64,000 bases of DNA from Hyphomicrobiales bacterium (GTDB taxonomy: Bacteria > Pseudomonadota > Alphaproteobacteria > Rhizobiales > Rhizobiaceae), in contig JBBQJA010000001.1 in assembly GCA_038325465.1 (NCBI GenBank), forward strand, positions 148,499-212,498, in the 5' to 3' direction. Positions 1 to 12,311 of this stretch are shown here, piece after piece. The notes beneath the pieces were generated by a model, which saw only the letters and a program-made list of their open reading frames with translations, was not told the DNA's origin and did not search any database. Numbering within the stretch: position 1 is the first letter of the stretch; every line of letters begins with the position of its first letter. A program made the position numbers and the translations under genes.

Positions 1-1741
<1,741 letters not shown>

Positions 1742-1748
1742 GGCGCGC

Positions 1749-3362
1749 GTGAGCAAGATCCTCTCCGCAGCAAAGGCGGCAGCGCTCATTCCGGACCACG
1801 CGGTGGTCTCGGTGTCCTCGTCTTCGGGGCTCGGTTGCCCAGATCTGGTGCTCGAGGCCATCGGCACGCATTTTGAAGCCACCGGCCATCCGCGCGAAAT
1901 CACCACCCTGCATCCGATCGCGGCTGGCGACATGAGCGGTATCAAGGGGATCGACCATATCGCCCGCAAAGGCCTGCTCGGGCGGATTCTGGCCGGATCC
2001 TATCCCTCCGGGCCGTCGACGGCGGAACCGCCCCTGATCTGGCAAATGGTGACCGGCAACGAGATCCCCGCCTACAATATCCCCTCCGGAATACTGTTTG
2101 ACATGCACCGGGAAGCTGCCGCCAAGCGGCCTGGTGTGCTGACCAAGATCGGACTCGAGACCTTCGTCGATCCTGACCGCCAGGGTTGCGCGATGAACGC
2201 GCTGGCAGCGGCGACGCCGGTGGTGACGCGGGTCGAATTCGACGGCGAAACCTGGCTCTATTTCAAGGCCATCGTGCCGCAGGTTGCCATCATCCGCGCC
2301 ACCACCGCCGACGAGAATGGCAACCTCACCTACGAGCATGAGGGGGCGTATCTCGGCGGCCTCGACCAGGCGCTGGCTGCACGCAACAACGGCGGCCTTG
2401 TCATTGCACAGGTCAAGCGGGTCACGGCTGCAGGGTCGTTGCGGCCCCATGACGTGCGGGTTCCCGGAAATTTGGTAGATGTCGTCGTCGTCGATCCGGA
2501 CCAGAAGCAGACGACCCAGACGCCCTATGATCCGGCCATCTCGGGCGAGATTTTCCGGCCGCTCGCCAGCTTCCGGGTTCCCGACCTCACCCTCCAGAAG
2601 GTTATTGCCCGGCGCGTGGCGCAAGAGCTCAAAAGCGGCTCCGCCGTCAATCTCGGCTTCGGAATTTCGGCCAACGTGCCACGTATTCTGCTGGAGGAAG
2701 GTTTGCATGGTCAGGTCACATGGGTGATCGAGCAAGGTGCAGTGGGCGGCGTGCCGCTTCTCGATTTTGCCTTCGGCTGTGCATCAAACGCCGACGCTTT
2801 CATGCCTTCGCCCTACCAGTTCACCTATTTCCAGGGCGGCGGCTTTGACGCCTCGCTGTTGTCGTTTCTCGAAATCGGTGCCGACGGGTCGGTCAATGTC
2901 TCACAGCTTGCGTTCTGCCCGCATGTCACGGCGGGGGCGGGCGGCTTTGTCGACATCACAGCGCGGGCACGAAAGATCGTCTTCTCGGGCTTTTTCAACG
3001 CCGGGGCAAAAATGCGGCTCGATCATGGCCGACTTGTCATCGACAAGGAAGGCAAGCTCAAGAAGCTTGTCCAAGCTGTCGAGCATGTCACGTTCTCCGG
3101 ACCCCGCGCCATCCGTCAAGGCCAGGACATCACCTATGTCACGGAGCGCTGCGTCATGCGGCTGACCGAAGGCGGCGTCATGGTGACAGAAATCGCGCCG
3201 GGCGTTGATCTGCGCCGCGACGTGCTTGAGCAGGCCGATTTCCAGTTGCTGGTGTCGCCGGAGCTCAAGACCATGTCGCCGGACCTGTTTGCCGACAAGC
3301 CGATGGGACTTTCGTTGCCGGCCAAGCCCGGACATCCGCTGATGGGAGGCGTCCGTGTCTGA
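1749..3362 (+). CDS. Fused-subunit acyl-CoA:acetate/3-ketoacid CoA-transferase family protein
   Basis: GTG 1749 lies 8 nt after the previous stop (VSKILSAAKAAALIPDHAVVSVSSS). The 537-aa product has family I CoA-transferase motifs in both halves. The longer ORF-track N-terminus is Arg/Pro-rich junk. Confidence 0.75.
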   Translation: MSKILSAAKAAALIPDHAVVSVSSSSGLGCPDLVLEAIGTHFEATGHPREITTLHPIAAGDMSGIKGIDHIARKGLLGRILAGSYPSGPSTAEPPLIWQMVTGNEIPAYNIPSGILFDMHREAAAKRPGVLTKIGLETFVDPDRQGCAMNALAAATPVVTRVEFDGETWLYFKAIVPQVAIIRATTADENGNLTYEHEGAYLGGLDQALAARNNGGLVIAQVKRVTAAGSLRPHDVRVPGNLVDVVVVDPDQKQTTQTPYDPAISGEIFRPLASFRVPDLTLQKVIARRVAQELKSGSAVNLGFGISANVPRILLEEGLHGQVTWVIEQGAVGGVPLLDFAFGCASNADAFMPSPYQFTYFQGGGFDASLLSFLEIGADGSVNVSQLAFCPHVTAGAGGFVDITARARKIVFSGFFNAGAKMRLDHGRLVIDKEGKLKKLVQAVEHVTFSGPRAIRQGQDITYVTERCVMRLTEGGVMVTEIAPGVDLRRDVLEQADFQLLVSPELKTMSPDLFADKPMGLSLPAKPGHPLMGGVRV

Positions 3363-4134
3363 TCCGCGCGTCACCATTGCTATTGAAGGCTCGAGTGCGG
3401 TGCTGTCGATCAACCGACCGGAGAAGCTCAACGCGCTCGACATCGAGATGCTGAAGCTTCTGGCCGCAGCCTGCGACGAGATCGAAGCCGATGCGCGGGT
3501 CCGCGTCCTGGTGCTGACGGGTTCTGGCAAGGCGTTTTCGGCGGGCGGCGACATCAAAGCGTGGGGCGGCATGAGCGCGCAGGACTTCGGTCATGCCTGG
3601 GTTCGCATGGGCCACCGGGTGTTTGAGCGGCTGGCGACCCTGCGGATGCCGGTGATTGCTGCCATCAACGGCCATGCACTGGGCGGAGGACTGGAGCTTG
3701 CCGCCTGTGCCGATCTCCGGATTGCCGAAACCCAGGCCAAGTTCGGTCTGCCGGAGACCTCGCTCGGCATGGTTCCGGGGTGGTCGGGCACCCAGCGTCT
3801 GGTGCGACGCTTCGGGGCCCAGATCGTTCGGCGGCTGGTGCTTGGCGGCGAGATGCTTTCGGCTGAGGAGGCGCGCGTGGTTGGCCTCGTCGACACGGTG
3901 GTCGCTACCGGGGAGGCGTTGACTGCGGCCCGCAAACAGGCGCTGCGGATCGCAGAACGCGGACCCGCCGCACTGGAAGTGTCCAAGCTCATGCTTGCGG
4001 TCGCCGCCGGCGAAGACACCGGTGCCGCGGTCGAGGCGCTCGGTTCGATCCTGGTTGCCAAGACGGGAGATCTCAAGGAAGGCGTAGCGGCATTTTCGGC
4101 CAAACGTCCGGCCGATTTCAAGGGAGACTGGTGA
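3355..4134 (+). CDS. Enoyl-CoA hydratase/isomerase (crotonase) family protein
   Basis: GTG 3355 overlaps the upstream stop. Crotonase signatures are present (LNALD, VLTGSGKAFSAGGDI, INGHALGGGLELA). Confidence 0.85.
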   Translation: MSDPRVTIAIEGSSAVLSINRPEKLNALDIEMLKLLAAACDEIEADARVRVLVLTGSGKAFSAGGDIKAWGGMSAQDFGHAWVRMGHRVFERLATLRMPVIAAINGHALGGGLELAACADLRIAETQAKFGLPETSLGMVPGWSGTQRLVRRFGAQIVRRLVLGGEMLSAEEARVVGLVDTVVATGEALTAARKQALRIAERGPAALEVSKLMLAVAAGEDTGAAVEALGSILVAKTGDLKEGVAAFSAKRPADFKGDW

Positions 4135-5639
4135 TGACTGTAGAGATCCGTCCGAAACCGATCCCCGGACTTGCGGTCCGCGACTTCGACATGCTGATCG
4201 GCGGCCGCTGGACCGCAGGGGCGGGCGAACCGATCGAGCGCGTGGCACCGGGCCACGGCGTGGTCGTCAGCCGCTATCAGACCGCCGACGCAGCACAGAC
4301 CGAGGCGGCGATCTTGTGCGCACGCACGGCTTTCGACGAAGGCCCCTGGCCGCGCATGACGGGCGCGGAGCGGTCAAACACGCTGCTGCGCTGCGCCGAT
4401 CTGATCGCCGCGAATGCCGAGGCGCTTGCCTGGCTCGATGCGGTGGAAGCGGGCAAACCGATTGCCCAGGTGCGCGGTGAACTCGGCGGCGCCGTCGACA
4501 TCTGGCGCTATGCGGCGGCGCTCGCCCGCGACCTCCACGGTGAAAGCTACAACACCCTGGGTGAGGGAACGCTCGGTGTCGTGTTGCGGGAAGCGATCGG
4601 CGTCGTCTCCATCATCACGCCGTGGAATTTTCCGTTGCTGATCGTCAGCCAGAAGTTGCCGTTCGCGCTCGCCGCCGGCTGCACCGCCGTCGTCAAGCCG
4701 TCTGAACTCACGTCGGGCTCGACGTTGATGCTTGGTCGGCTGATGATGGAGGCCGGTGTACCGGAAGGCGTCGTCAATATCGTTGTCGGAACGGGGCCGG
4801 TCGTCGGCCAGCCGATGACGGTGCACAAGGCCATCGATATGGTGTCGTTCACCGGTTCCACCGGAGTGGGCAAACTGACCATGCGCAATGCGGCCGACAC
4901 GCTGAAGAAAATCTCGCTTGAACTTGGCGGCAAGAACCCGCAGATCGTGTTTCCGGACGCCAATCTCGAGGAGTTTGCCGATGCGGCCGTCTTCGGCGCT
5001 TTTTTCAATGCGGGCGAATGCTGCAATGCCGGTTCGCGCCTGATCCTGCACGCCGATATCGCCGCCGAGGCGCTCGACCGCATTTCGGCCATTGCAGCCA
5101 AAGTCAGGGTCGGGGATCCGCTTGACGACACCACCCAGGTCGGTGCAATCATCACACCGGCCCATTTCGAGCGAATTGTCGGCCACGTGCGCAACGCCCG
5201 TCGGGACGGTGCCCGGATTGCCTTCGGGGGAGAGCCGATCGATCTTGGCATGGGCCAGTATATGGCGCCCACCCTGGTCTCCGACGTCACGCCATCAATG
5301 GCGATTGCCCGCGACGAAGTCTTCGGCCCGGTTCTCTCCGTTTTGACGTTTCGCACGCTCGAAGAGGCGGTCAATATTGCCAACGCGGTCGATTATGGAC
5401 TGTCGGCCGGGGTGTGGAGCTCGGCCTTCGACACCTGCCTCACGGTGGGGCGGCGCGTGCGCGCCGGAACCGTGTGGATGAATACCTTCATGGACGGCGC
5501 GTCCGAGCTTCCGTTTGGCGGTTATCGCCAATCGGGACTGGGGCGCGAACTCGGCCGCCATGCAGTGGAGGACTACACCGAGACCAAGACGCTCAACATG
5601 CATATCGGCGCACGCACCAACTGGTGGGCGGCGAAATAA
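4131..5639 (+). CDS. NAD(P)-dependent aldehyde dehydrogenase
   Basis: The start (GTG 4131 or ATG 4134) overlaps the upstream TGA. ALDH motifs are present ([41 protein letters not shown]). Confidence 0.9.
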   Translation: MMTVEIRPKPIPGLAVRDFDMLIGGRWTAGAGEPIERVAPGHGVVVSRYQTADAAQTEAAILCARTAFDEGPWPRMTGAERSNTLLRCADLIAANAEALAWLDAVEAGKPIAQVRGELGGAVDIWRYAAALARDLHGESYNTLGEGTLGVVLREAIGVVSIITPWNFPLLIVSQKLPFALAAGCTAVVKPSELTSGSTLMLGRLMMEAGVPEGVVNIVVGTGPVVGQPMTVHKAIDMVSFTGSTGVGKLTMRNAADTLKKISLELGGKNPQIVFPDANLEEFADAAVFGAFFNAGECCNAGSRLILHADIAAEALDRISAIAAKVRVGDPLDDTTQVGAIITPAHFERIVGHVRNARRDGARIAFGGEPIDLGMGQYMAPTLVSDVTPSMAIARDEVFGPVLSVLTFRTLEEAVNIANAVDYGLSAGVWSSAFDTCLTVGRRVRAGTVWMNTFMDGASELPFGGYRQSGLGRELGRHAVEDYTETKTLNMHIGARTNWWAAK

Positions 5640-5736
5640 CCGGCCGGAAACGGCACAACAGAAATCCCGGTCCCGAAGGGCTGCGGTTCACGGGGAGGAG
5701 GCGGTGCAAGCCGATCCCCATCAACAGGAGGATAAC

Positions 5737-6987
5737 ATGCTGAAATTACTGACAACGACCGCAATGGCCACACTGATGGTCACGCTTGGCGGATTGTCGG
5801 CCCGCGCCGCTGACAATGTCGAAGTGCTGCACTGGTGGACGTCAGGTGGCGAGGCCGCCGCTCTGGAAGTTCTCAAGAAGGACCTCGAAGCCAAGGGCAT
5901 TTCCTGGACTGACATGCCGGTGGCCGGTGGCGGCGGCACCGAGGCGATGACCGTGCTGCGCGCCCGCGTCACCTCGAGCAACGCCCCCACCGCCGTGCAG
6001 ATGCTCGGCTTCGACATTCTCGATTGGGCCAAGGAAGGCGCACTCGGCAACCTTGACGAGATCGCCGCCAAGGAAGGCTGGGACAAGGTCATTCCGACGG
6101 CGCTGCAGCAGTTTTCGAAGTATGACGGTCACTGGATCGCCGCGCCCGTGAACGTGCATTCGACCAACTGGGTCTGGATCAACAAGGCCGCGTTCGACAA
6201 GGCAGGCGGTGCCGAGCCGAAAAACTGGGATGAACTGGTGGCGCTTTTGGACAAGTTCAAGGAACAGGGCATCACGCCGGTCGCCCACGGCGGTCAGCCC
6301 TGGCAGGATGCGACCATCTTCGATGCCGTGGTACTCTCGCTCGGCACCGATTTCTACAAACAAGCCTTCATTGATCTCGACCCGGCCGCATTGGGCGGCG
6401 ACAAGATGAAGGAAGCCTTCGACCGGATGACCAAGATCCGCTCCTACGTGGACGACAATTTCTCGGGCCGCGACTGGAACCTGGCCTCGGCCATGGTGAT
6501 CGAAGGCACCGCCGGCGTCCAGTTCATGGGCGACTGGGCAAAGGGCGAATTCGTCAAGGCCGGCAAGGTGCCGGGCACCGATTTCGTCTGCATGCGGTTC
6601 CCCGGAACGCAGGGTTCGGTCACTTTCAACTCCGACCAGTTCGCGATGTTCAAGGTGACTGACGCACAGGTTCCCGCACAGCTCGCAATGGCATCCGCCA
6701 TTGAGAGCCCGGCTTTCCAGTCGGCCTTCAACGTGGTCAAGGGATCTGCACCCGCGCGCACGGACGTCTCCGACGAAGCCTTCGATGCCTGCGGCAAGAA
6801 GGCAATCAAGGACCTGGCGGACGCCAATACCGCCGGTACGCTGCTCGGCTCCATGGCTCATGGCCATGCCAACCCGGCTTCGGTGAAAAACGCCATCTAT
6901 GATGTGGTGACCCGCCAGTTCAACGGCGAATTGTCCCCGGAAGAGGCTGTCACCGAACTTGTGGCCGCAGTCGAGGCCGCCAAGTAA
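5737..6987 (+). CDS. Carbohydrate ABC transporter substrate-binding protein (glucose/mannose GtsA-like)
   Basis: ATG 5737 is preceded by AGGAGG. Signal peptide [24 protein letters not shown]. The [12 protein letters not shown] motif is typical of glucose/mannose-binding proteins. Confidence 0.85.
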   Translation: MLKLLTTTAMATLMVTLGGLSARAADNVEVLHWWTSGGEAAALEVLKKDLEAKGISWTDMPVAGGGGTEAMTVLRARVTSSNAPTAVQMLGFDILDWAKEGALGNLDEIAAKEGWDKVIPTALQQFSKYDGHWIAAPVNVHSTNWVWINKAAFDKAGGAEPKNWDELVALLDKFKEQGITPVAHGGQPWQDATIFDAVVLSLGTDFYKQAFIDLDPAALGGDKMKEAFDRMTKIRSYVDDNFSGRDWNLASAMVIEGTAGVQFMGDWAKGEFVKAGKVPGTDFVCMRFPGTQGSVTFNSDQFAMFKVTDAQVPAQLAMASAIESPAFQSAFNVVKGSAPARTDVSDEAFDACGKKAIKDLADANTAGTLLGSMAHGHANPASVKNAIYDVVTRQFNGELSPEEAVTELVAAVEAAK

Positions 6988-6996
6988 CGCCAAAGA

Positions 6997-7028
6997 CCGG
7001 GGCGCGCGGCAGCCGTTGCGTGCCCCGG
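6997..7028 (+). promoter_or_regulatory. Intercistronic GC-rich stem-loop after the binding-protein gene
   Basis: CCGGGGCGCGC (6997-7007) pairs with GCGTGCCCCGG (7018-7028): 11 bp with one G-U, and a 10-nt loop. There is no U-tract. It lies between the SBP stop (6987) and the permease start (7084). Confidence 0.5.
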
Positions 7029-7083
7029 ATGTCGACTGCCGCCGGGGCAATCGCCCGGACGGTCAAACCCGGGGGAGGGATCC

Positions 7084-7962
7084 ATGGACAACCGCAGCAG
7101 GATGCAGGACCTATTGCCGAAGATCGTGCTTGCGCCGTCGCTGCTGATCGTTCTGGTGTTTGTCTATGGCTTCATCGCCTATACCGGCTATCTGTCGCTG
7201 TCGGCCAGCCGCATGCTGCCCAATTACGAGTTCATCGGCCTGGGCAACTACTCCAAGCTCTGGGCGTTGCCGCACTGGTGGCGGGCGATCAGCAATCTCG
7301 CCATCTTCGCCTCGCTCTACATCGTGATCTCGTCGGTGCTCGGGCTAGGGCTCGCCATCCTGCTCGACCAGAAAATCCGCGCCGAGGGTCTGCTGCGGCC
7401 GATCTACCTCTATCCGATGGCGCTTTCCTTCATCGTGACCGGAACCGCCTGGAAATGGTTCCTTGATCCGGGCATCGGGCTTGAGAACACCATGCACTTG
7501 TGGGGCTGGGAGAGTTTTGCCTTCAACTGGATCAAGGACCGCAACTACGCCATCTACACGGTGGTCATGGCCGCCGTCTGGCAGTCTTCCGGCTTTGTCA
7601 TGGCGATGTTTCTCGCCGGGCTTCGCGGTGTCGACAGCGAAATCATCAAGGCCGCTCAGATCGACGGTGCCTCCACCAGCACCGTCTACCGGCGGATCAT
7701 CATTCCGTTGATGCGGCCGGTGTTCCTGTCGGCCTTCGTGGTGCTCGCCCATCTTGCCATCAAGGCCTATGACCTCGTGGTGGCGCTGACCGGCGGCGGA
7801 CCCGGACAGGCGACCGAGTTGCCGGCGACCTTCATGTATTCCTACACCTTCACCCGCAACCAGATGGGCATCGGCGCATCGTCGGCGATCATCATGCTGG
7901 TGATGATCTTCTCGATCATCGTTCCCTATCTCTACTCCGAACTGCGCGGGGAGAAACGCTGA
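7084..7962 (+). CDS. Carbohydrate ABC transporter permease (MalF/UgpA-type)
   Basis: A GGGAGGG SD precedes ATG 7084. The product has multiple TM segments and the EAA-loop region (AAQIDGASTSTVYRRIIIPL). Confidence 0.9.
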   Translation: MDNRSRMQDLLPKIVLAPSLLIVLVFVYGFIAYTGYLSLSASRMLPNYEFIGLGNYSKLWALPHWWRAISNLAIFASLYIVISSVLGLGLAILLDQKIRAEGLLRPIYLYPMALSFIVTGTAWKWFLDPGIGLENTMHLWGWESFAFNWIKDRNYAIYTVVMAAVWQSSGFVMAMFLAGLRGVDSEIIKAAQIDGASTSTVYRRIIIPLMRPVFLSAFVVLAHLAIKAYDLVVALTGGGPGQATELPATFMYSYTFTRNQMGIGASSAIIMLVMIFSIIVPYLYSELRGEKR

Positions 7963-8843
7963 TGAGCGGCATTGCGACCACCAACGCCGTCAGCCACAAC
8001 CTGCTGACCCGGGCGCTCATCTATCTCGCGCTCATCCTTTTTGCGATCTACTATCTGTTGCCGCTCTACGTCATGGTGGTCAATTCGCTCAAGCCGCTCG
8101 ACGAGATCCGCAAGGGCGGCATGCTCAATTTGCCGCAAGTCTGGACGCTCGAGCCCTGGCGGTCTGCCTGGTCGACGGCCCAGATCGGCGTCGAGCCGAC
8201 CGGCCTCAAGCCCTTCTTCCTCAATTCGATCCTGATGGTGGTGCCAGCGGTGGCGATCTCCACCATTGTGGGCGCGCTCAATGGCTATGTGTTGACCAAA
8301 TGGCGCTTTGCCGGTTCAGATATCATCTTCGGACTGCTGCTGCTGTCCTGCTTCATCCCGTTCCAGATCGTGCTGATCCCGATGGCGCGCATCCTCGGCA
8401 TGCTGGGAATGGCCGGAACCATCTGGGGTCTGATCATGGTGCATGTCATCTACGGCATCGGCTTTACCACGCTCTATTTCCGCAATTACTACGAGGCCTT
8501 CCCGACCGAACTGGTGCGGGCGGCGCAGATAGACGGCGCGAGTTTCTTCCAGATCTTCCGCCGCATCCTGCTGCCGTCGTCGGGACCGATCATCGTGGTT
8601 TCCGTGATCTGGCAATTCACCAATATCTGGAACGACTTCCTTTTCGGCGCGTCGTTCTCGGGCGCGTCCTCCACACCCATGACAGTGGCGCTGAACAATC
8701 TTGTGTCGTCGTCGACCGGCGTGAAGGAATACAATGTCCATTTCGCCGGTGCGATTCTCGCCGCGCTCCCCACTCTCATCGTCTATATCGTCTCGGGCCG
8801 CTATTTCGTGCGCGGGCTGATGGCGGGTGCCGTGAAAGGCTGA
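7962..8843 (+). CDS. Carbohydrate ABC transporter permease (MalG/UgpE-type)
   Basis: The start overlaps the upstream stop (ATGA-type). EAA loop is AAQIDGASFFQIFRRILLP; the profile is that of a TM protein. Confidence 0.9.
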   Translation: MSGIATTNAVSHNLLTRALIYLALILFAIYYLLPLYVMVVNSLKPLDEIRKGGMLNLPQVWTLEPWRSAWSTAQIGVEPTGLKPFFLNSILMVVPAVAISTIVGALNGYVLTKWRFAGSDIIFGLLLLSCFIPFQIVLIPMARILGMLGMAGTIWGLIMVHVIYGIGFTTLYFRNYYEAFPTELVRAAQIDGASFFQIFRRILLPSSGPIIVVSVIWQFTNIWNDFLFGASFSGASSTPMTVALNNLVSSSTGVKEYNVHFAGAILAALPTLIVYIVSGRYFVRGLMAGAVKG

Positions 8844-8847
8844 TCCG

Positions 8848-9963
8848 ATGTCGTTTCTCAAAATCCAGAATCTGCGCAAGTCCTACGGCACTCTTGAAAT
8901 TCTCAAGGACATCAATCTGGAAATCGAGGAAGGGGGCTTTCTCGTGCTCGTGGGGCCGTCGGGATGCGGGAAGTCGACGCTTCTCAATTCCATCGCCGGG
9001 CTGGAGCCGATCACCTCGGGCGAGATCTTCATCAACGGAAAGTCTGTGGCAGGCCTGCATCCCTCCAAGCGCGATATCGCCATGGTGTTCCAGTCCTACG
9101 CGCTCTATCCGAACATGACGGTGGCCGGAAACATCGCCTTCGGGATGGAAATCCGCGGCGTTCCCAAGCCCGAGCGCGATGCGGCGATCGCACGCATCTC
9201 CGATATGCTCCAGATCGGGCACCTGCTCGACCGCAAACCCGGGCAATTGTCGGGCGGCCAGCGCCAGCGCGTCGCCATGGGCCGGGCGCTGGTGCGCGAC
9301 CCGCAGGTCTTCCTCTTTGACGAACCGCTGTCCAACCTTGACGCCAAGCTCCGGATCGACATGCGCACCGAGATCAAGCGGCTGCATGCCCGCATGGGGA
9401 CCACCATCGTCTATGTCACCCACGACCAGATCGAGGCGATGACGCTCGCCAGCAAGATCGCGGTGCTGAAGGATGGCGTCCTGCAGCAGTTTGGCTCGCC
9501 CGCCGAGATCTACAACAATCCCGACAACATGTTCGTGGCCGACTTCATGGGGTCTCCGGCGATGAACCTGTTGTCGGGCAAAGTGGAGGCGGACGGCGGC
9601 TCGGTGTCGGTTTCGCTGGCGCGCGAACAGGGCGAACCGCTGCGGCTTGCCTTGCCGCACGCACCTGCCGCGCTGGCCGCCCACACTGGCCAGACGGTGA
9701 TCTTCGGCATCCGGCCCGAGGCGCTGACCGATCCCGACGGCGCTGACCGCAATGCGCGGGCGATCGCAGAGGGGGATTGTCATGTGGAGGTGGTGGAACC
9801 GGCGGGATCTGACACATTCGCGGTCACCAAACTCGGTGGCAAGGAAGTGGTGGCGCGGCTCCGCGCGGATGCTCAGATAAACGCCGGCGAAACCGCGCGC
9901 CTGGCTTTCAATCTCGACAAGGTGGTGTTTTTCGATCCGAAGACCGAACAGCGGATCCGGTGA
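8848..9963 (+). CDS. Sugar ABC transporter ATP-binding protein (MalK/UgpC-type)
   Basis: Walker A GPSGCGKST, signature LSGGQRQRV and Walker B FLFDEPLSNLD are present. The C-terminal regulatory domain is typical of the MalK family. Confidence 0.9.
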   Translation: MSFLKIQNLRKSYGTLEILKDINLEIEEGGFLVLVGPSGCGKSTLLNSIAGLEPITSGEIFINGKSVAGLHPSKRDIAMVFQSYALYPNMTVAGNIAFGMEIRGVPKPERDAAIARISDMLQIGHLLDRKPGQLSGGQRQRVAMGRALVRDPQVFLFDEPLSNLDAKLRIDMRTEIKRLHARMGTTIVYVTHDQIEAMTLASKIAVLKDGVLQQFGSPAEIYNNPDNMFVADFMGSPAMNLLSGKVEADGGSVSVSLAREQGEPLRLALPHAPAALAAHTGQTVIFGIRPEALTDPDGADRNARAIAEGDCHVEVVEPAGSDTFAVTKLGGKEVVARLRADAQINAGETARLAFNLDKVVFFDPKTEQRIR

Positions 9964-11471
9964 AGCCGATGACGCCGGATATCGTGATCATCGGTTCGGG
10001 GATCGGCGGGGCGAGCGTGGCGGCCGGGCTCGCGTCGACCGGCGCGCGCATCGTCATTCTCGAGGCGGGCGGGCACATCCCCGACCAGCCGGAAAACCGT
10101 GACCAGCGGGCGATCTTCCAGCGCGGTCATTTCCGGCCGAAAGAACAGTGGCACGAGGTCGGTGGCGGTCCCTTCAATCCCGGTAATTATTACAATGTCG
10201 GGGGCAACTCGAAGTTCTACGGCGCGGTTCTCTATCGTTATCGCCAGGAAGATTTTCTCGAAATGCAGCATCTGGAAGGCGTCTCGCCGGCCTGGCCATT
10301 CTCTTACGAAGAGTTCGAGCCCTGGTACGGTAAGGCCGAAGCGCTCTATCAGGTGCGCGGAAGCCTGGGCGATGACCCCACCGAGCCGGTTCATTCTGCG
10401 CCCTATCCGTATCCGCCGGTGCCCGACGAACCTTCAATCAGCGCGGTCAAGGCTCGGCTCAAGGCGCGCGGGCTGCATCCCTCGCCGCTTCCGCTCGGGA
10501 TCGACATCGACCGGTGGATGGCCAAGGCGCCCACACCCTGGGACGCCCATCCCAACAGCGACGACGGCAAGATGGACGCTGAATCCACAGCGCTCGCCGC
10601 CGCGCTCTCCTATCCCAATGTGACGTTGGTCACCTATGCGCGGGTCAATCGGCTCGAAACCGGGACGGACGGCAAGGCGATTGCAGCGGTAGTCTATGAG
10701 CGAGATGGGGCCGAGGTCCGGCTCACGCCGCAGCTTGTCGTGCTTGCCGCCGGCGCGGTGCAATCGGCAGCCCTTCTGTTGCGGTCTGCAAGCGGGCGGC
10801 ACAGCGGAGGGCTTGGCAATTCTTCCGACCAGGTGGGCCGCAATTTCATGAACCACAATTCAAGCGCGGTGCTCGCCTTTTCGCCGTCCTATCGCAATTC
10901 TTCGGTTTACCAGAAGACTTTTGGCATCAACGACTACTATCTTTCCGACGGGGCGGGCGGGCCGCCGCTCGGCAATATCCAGTTGCTGGGTCGCGTCTCC
11001 GGCACCATCCTGAAAGCCAATCTTCCGCAGGTGCCCGAATGGCTGCTCGGGCGCATTTCCGCCCATGCGATCGATTTCTACACCATCACCGAAGACCTGC
11101 CGCATCCCGAAAGCCGGGTGATGGTGGAGGGCGAGCGCATCGTTCTGAAATGGACGCGGACGAACTGGAAATCCCATGAACTTCTGGTCAAGCGTCTGAA
11201 GGCCGATCTGAGGGCGGCGGGCTTTCCGCTGGTGCTGTCACGGTCCTTCGACAAGCGAACGCCATCGCACCAGTGTGGAACGGTGCGGATCGGGACCGAC
11301 CCGGCGAGCGCTCCGCTCGATCCGTTCTCGCGATCCTTCGATCATCCCAACCTGTTTGTGACCGATGCGTCCTGTCTGCCGACCTCGGCGGCGGTCAATC
11401 CCGCGCTCACAATTGCGGCGCAGGCGCTCAGGGTCGCCGACCATATCACCCGCACGGAGCTTGCGGCATGA
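9960..11471 (+). CDS. GMC-family FAD-dependent oxidoreductase
   Basis: GTG 9960 overlaps the upstream TGA. FAD fold DIVIIGSGIGGASVA is present, with GMC C-terminal motifs (HQCGTVRIG, NLFVTDAS). Confidence 0.8.
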   Translation: MKPMTPDIVIIGSGIGGASVAAGLASTGARIVILEAGGHIPDQPENRDQRAIFQRGHFRPKEQWHEVGGGPFNPGNYYNVGGNSKFYGAVLYRYRQEDFLEMQHLEGVSPAWPFSYEEFEPWYGKAEALYQVRGSLGDDPTEPVHSAPYPYPPVPDEPSISAVKARLKARGLHPSPLPLGIDIDRWMAKAPTPWDAHPNSDDGKMDAESTALAAALSYPNVTLVTYARVNRLETGTDGKAIAAVVYERDGAEVRLTPQLVVLAAGAVQSAALLLRSASGRHSGGLGNSSDQVGRNFMNHNSSAVLAFSPSYRNSSVYQKTFGINDYYLSDGAGGPPLGNIQLLGRVSGTILKANLPQVPEWLLGRISAHAIDFYTITEDLPHPESRVMVEGERIVLKWTRTNWKSHELLVKRLKADLRAAGFPLVLSRSFDKRTPSHQCGTVRIGTDPASAPLDPFSRSFDHPNLFVTDASCLPTSAAVNPALTIAAQALRVADHITRTELAA

Positions 11472-12247
11472 GCGGGGCGAAGCAAGGGGTCGCCATCGTC
11501 ACCGGCGGCAGGCGCGGCATTGGCCGGGCGATCGCGGAGGCGCTTGCCGGTACGGGTTTTGATATCGCGCTCACCGGGCTTGAGACACCCGATGCTCACA
11601 GCGACGCGCTGGTGGCGCGCCTCATGGCCATGGGAGCCGCTCGCGCCATCTATCTGCGCTCCGATCTCGCCGACCTGGACGCCCATGGCGCGACAGTCGC
11701 GTCCATTGAGGCGGCTCTTGGTCCGGTTGATTGCCTGATCAACAATGCAGGCATGGCATCGGTCATGCGCGGCGACTTTCTCGACCTGACGCCTGAAAAC
11801 TACGACCGCATCATGGCGGTCAACCTGCGCGGGACCGTCTTTTTCACCCAGGCGGTGGTCCGAACGATGCTTGCGCAGCCAAGCCCGCCGGGTCGATCCA
11901 TCATCACCATCAGTTCGGTCTCTGCAGAAATGACCTCGCCCGACCGCATCGACTACTGCCTCTCGAAAGCGGGCCTTGCCGCCTTCAGCAAAGGACTGAC
12001 GCTCAGACTTGCGGCCGAGGCGATCGCGGTCTTCGAAGTCAGGCCGGGAATCATCCGCTCCGACATGACGGCCCAAGTGAGCGAGAAATACGACAGGCTG
12101 ATTACAGGCGGGCTGGTGCCAGCGGGTCGCTGGGGCGAACCCGAGGATGTCGGGCGCATGGTTGCCGCGCTGGCAGGCGGCGAGCTCGGCTTTGCAACAG
12201 GCTCGGTGCTCAATGTGGACGGCGGGCTGTCTGTGGCGCGGCTGTGA
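11468..12247 (+). CDS. Short-chain dehydrogenase/reductase (SDR)
   Basis: ATG 11468 overlaps the upstream stop in ATGA. SDR motifs are present: TGGRRGIG, NNAG and Y-x3-K (YCLSKAG). The longer ORF-track N-terminus is not SDR-like. Confidence 0.85.
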   Translation: MSGAKQGVAIVTGGRRGIGRAIAEALAGTGFDIALTGLETPDAHSDALVARLMAMGAARAIYLRSDLADLDAHGATVASIEAALGPVDCLINNAGMASVMRGDFLDLTPENYDRIMAVNLRGTVFFTQAVVRTMLAQPSPPGRSIITISSVSAEMTSPDRIDYCLSKAGLAAFSKGLTLRLAAEAIAVFEVRPGIIRSDMTAQVSEKYDRLITGGLVPAGRWGEPEDVGRMVAALAGGELGFATGSVLNVDGGLSVARL

Positions 12248-12311
12248 CAATGATCTCGCCTTTGTCTTTTGGGGCCAGCTGCACGACGCTTTTCGGATCA
12301 AGGATCAGGGC

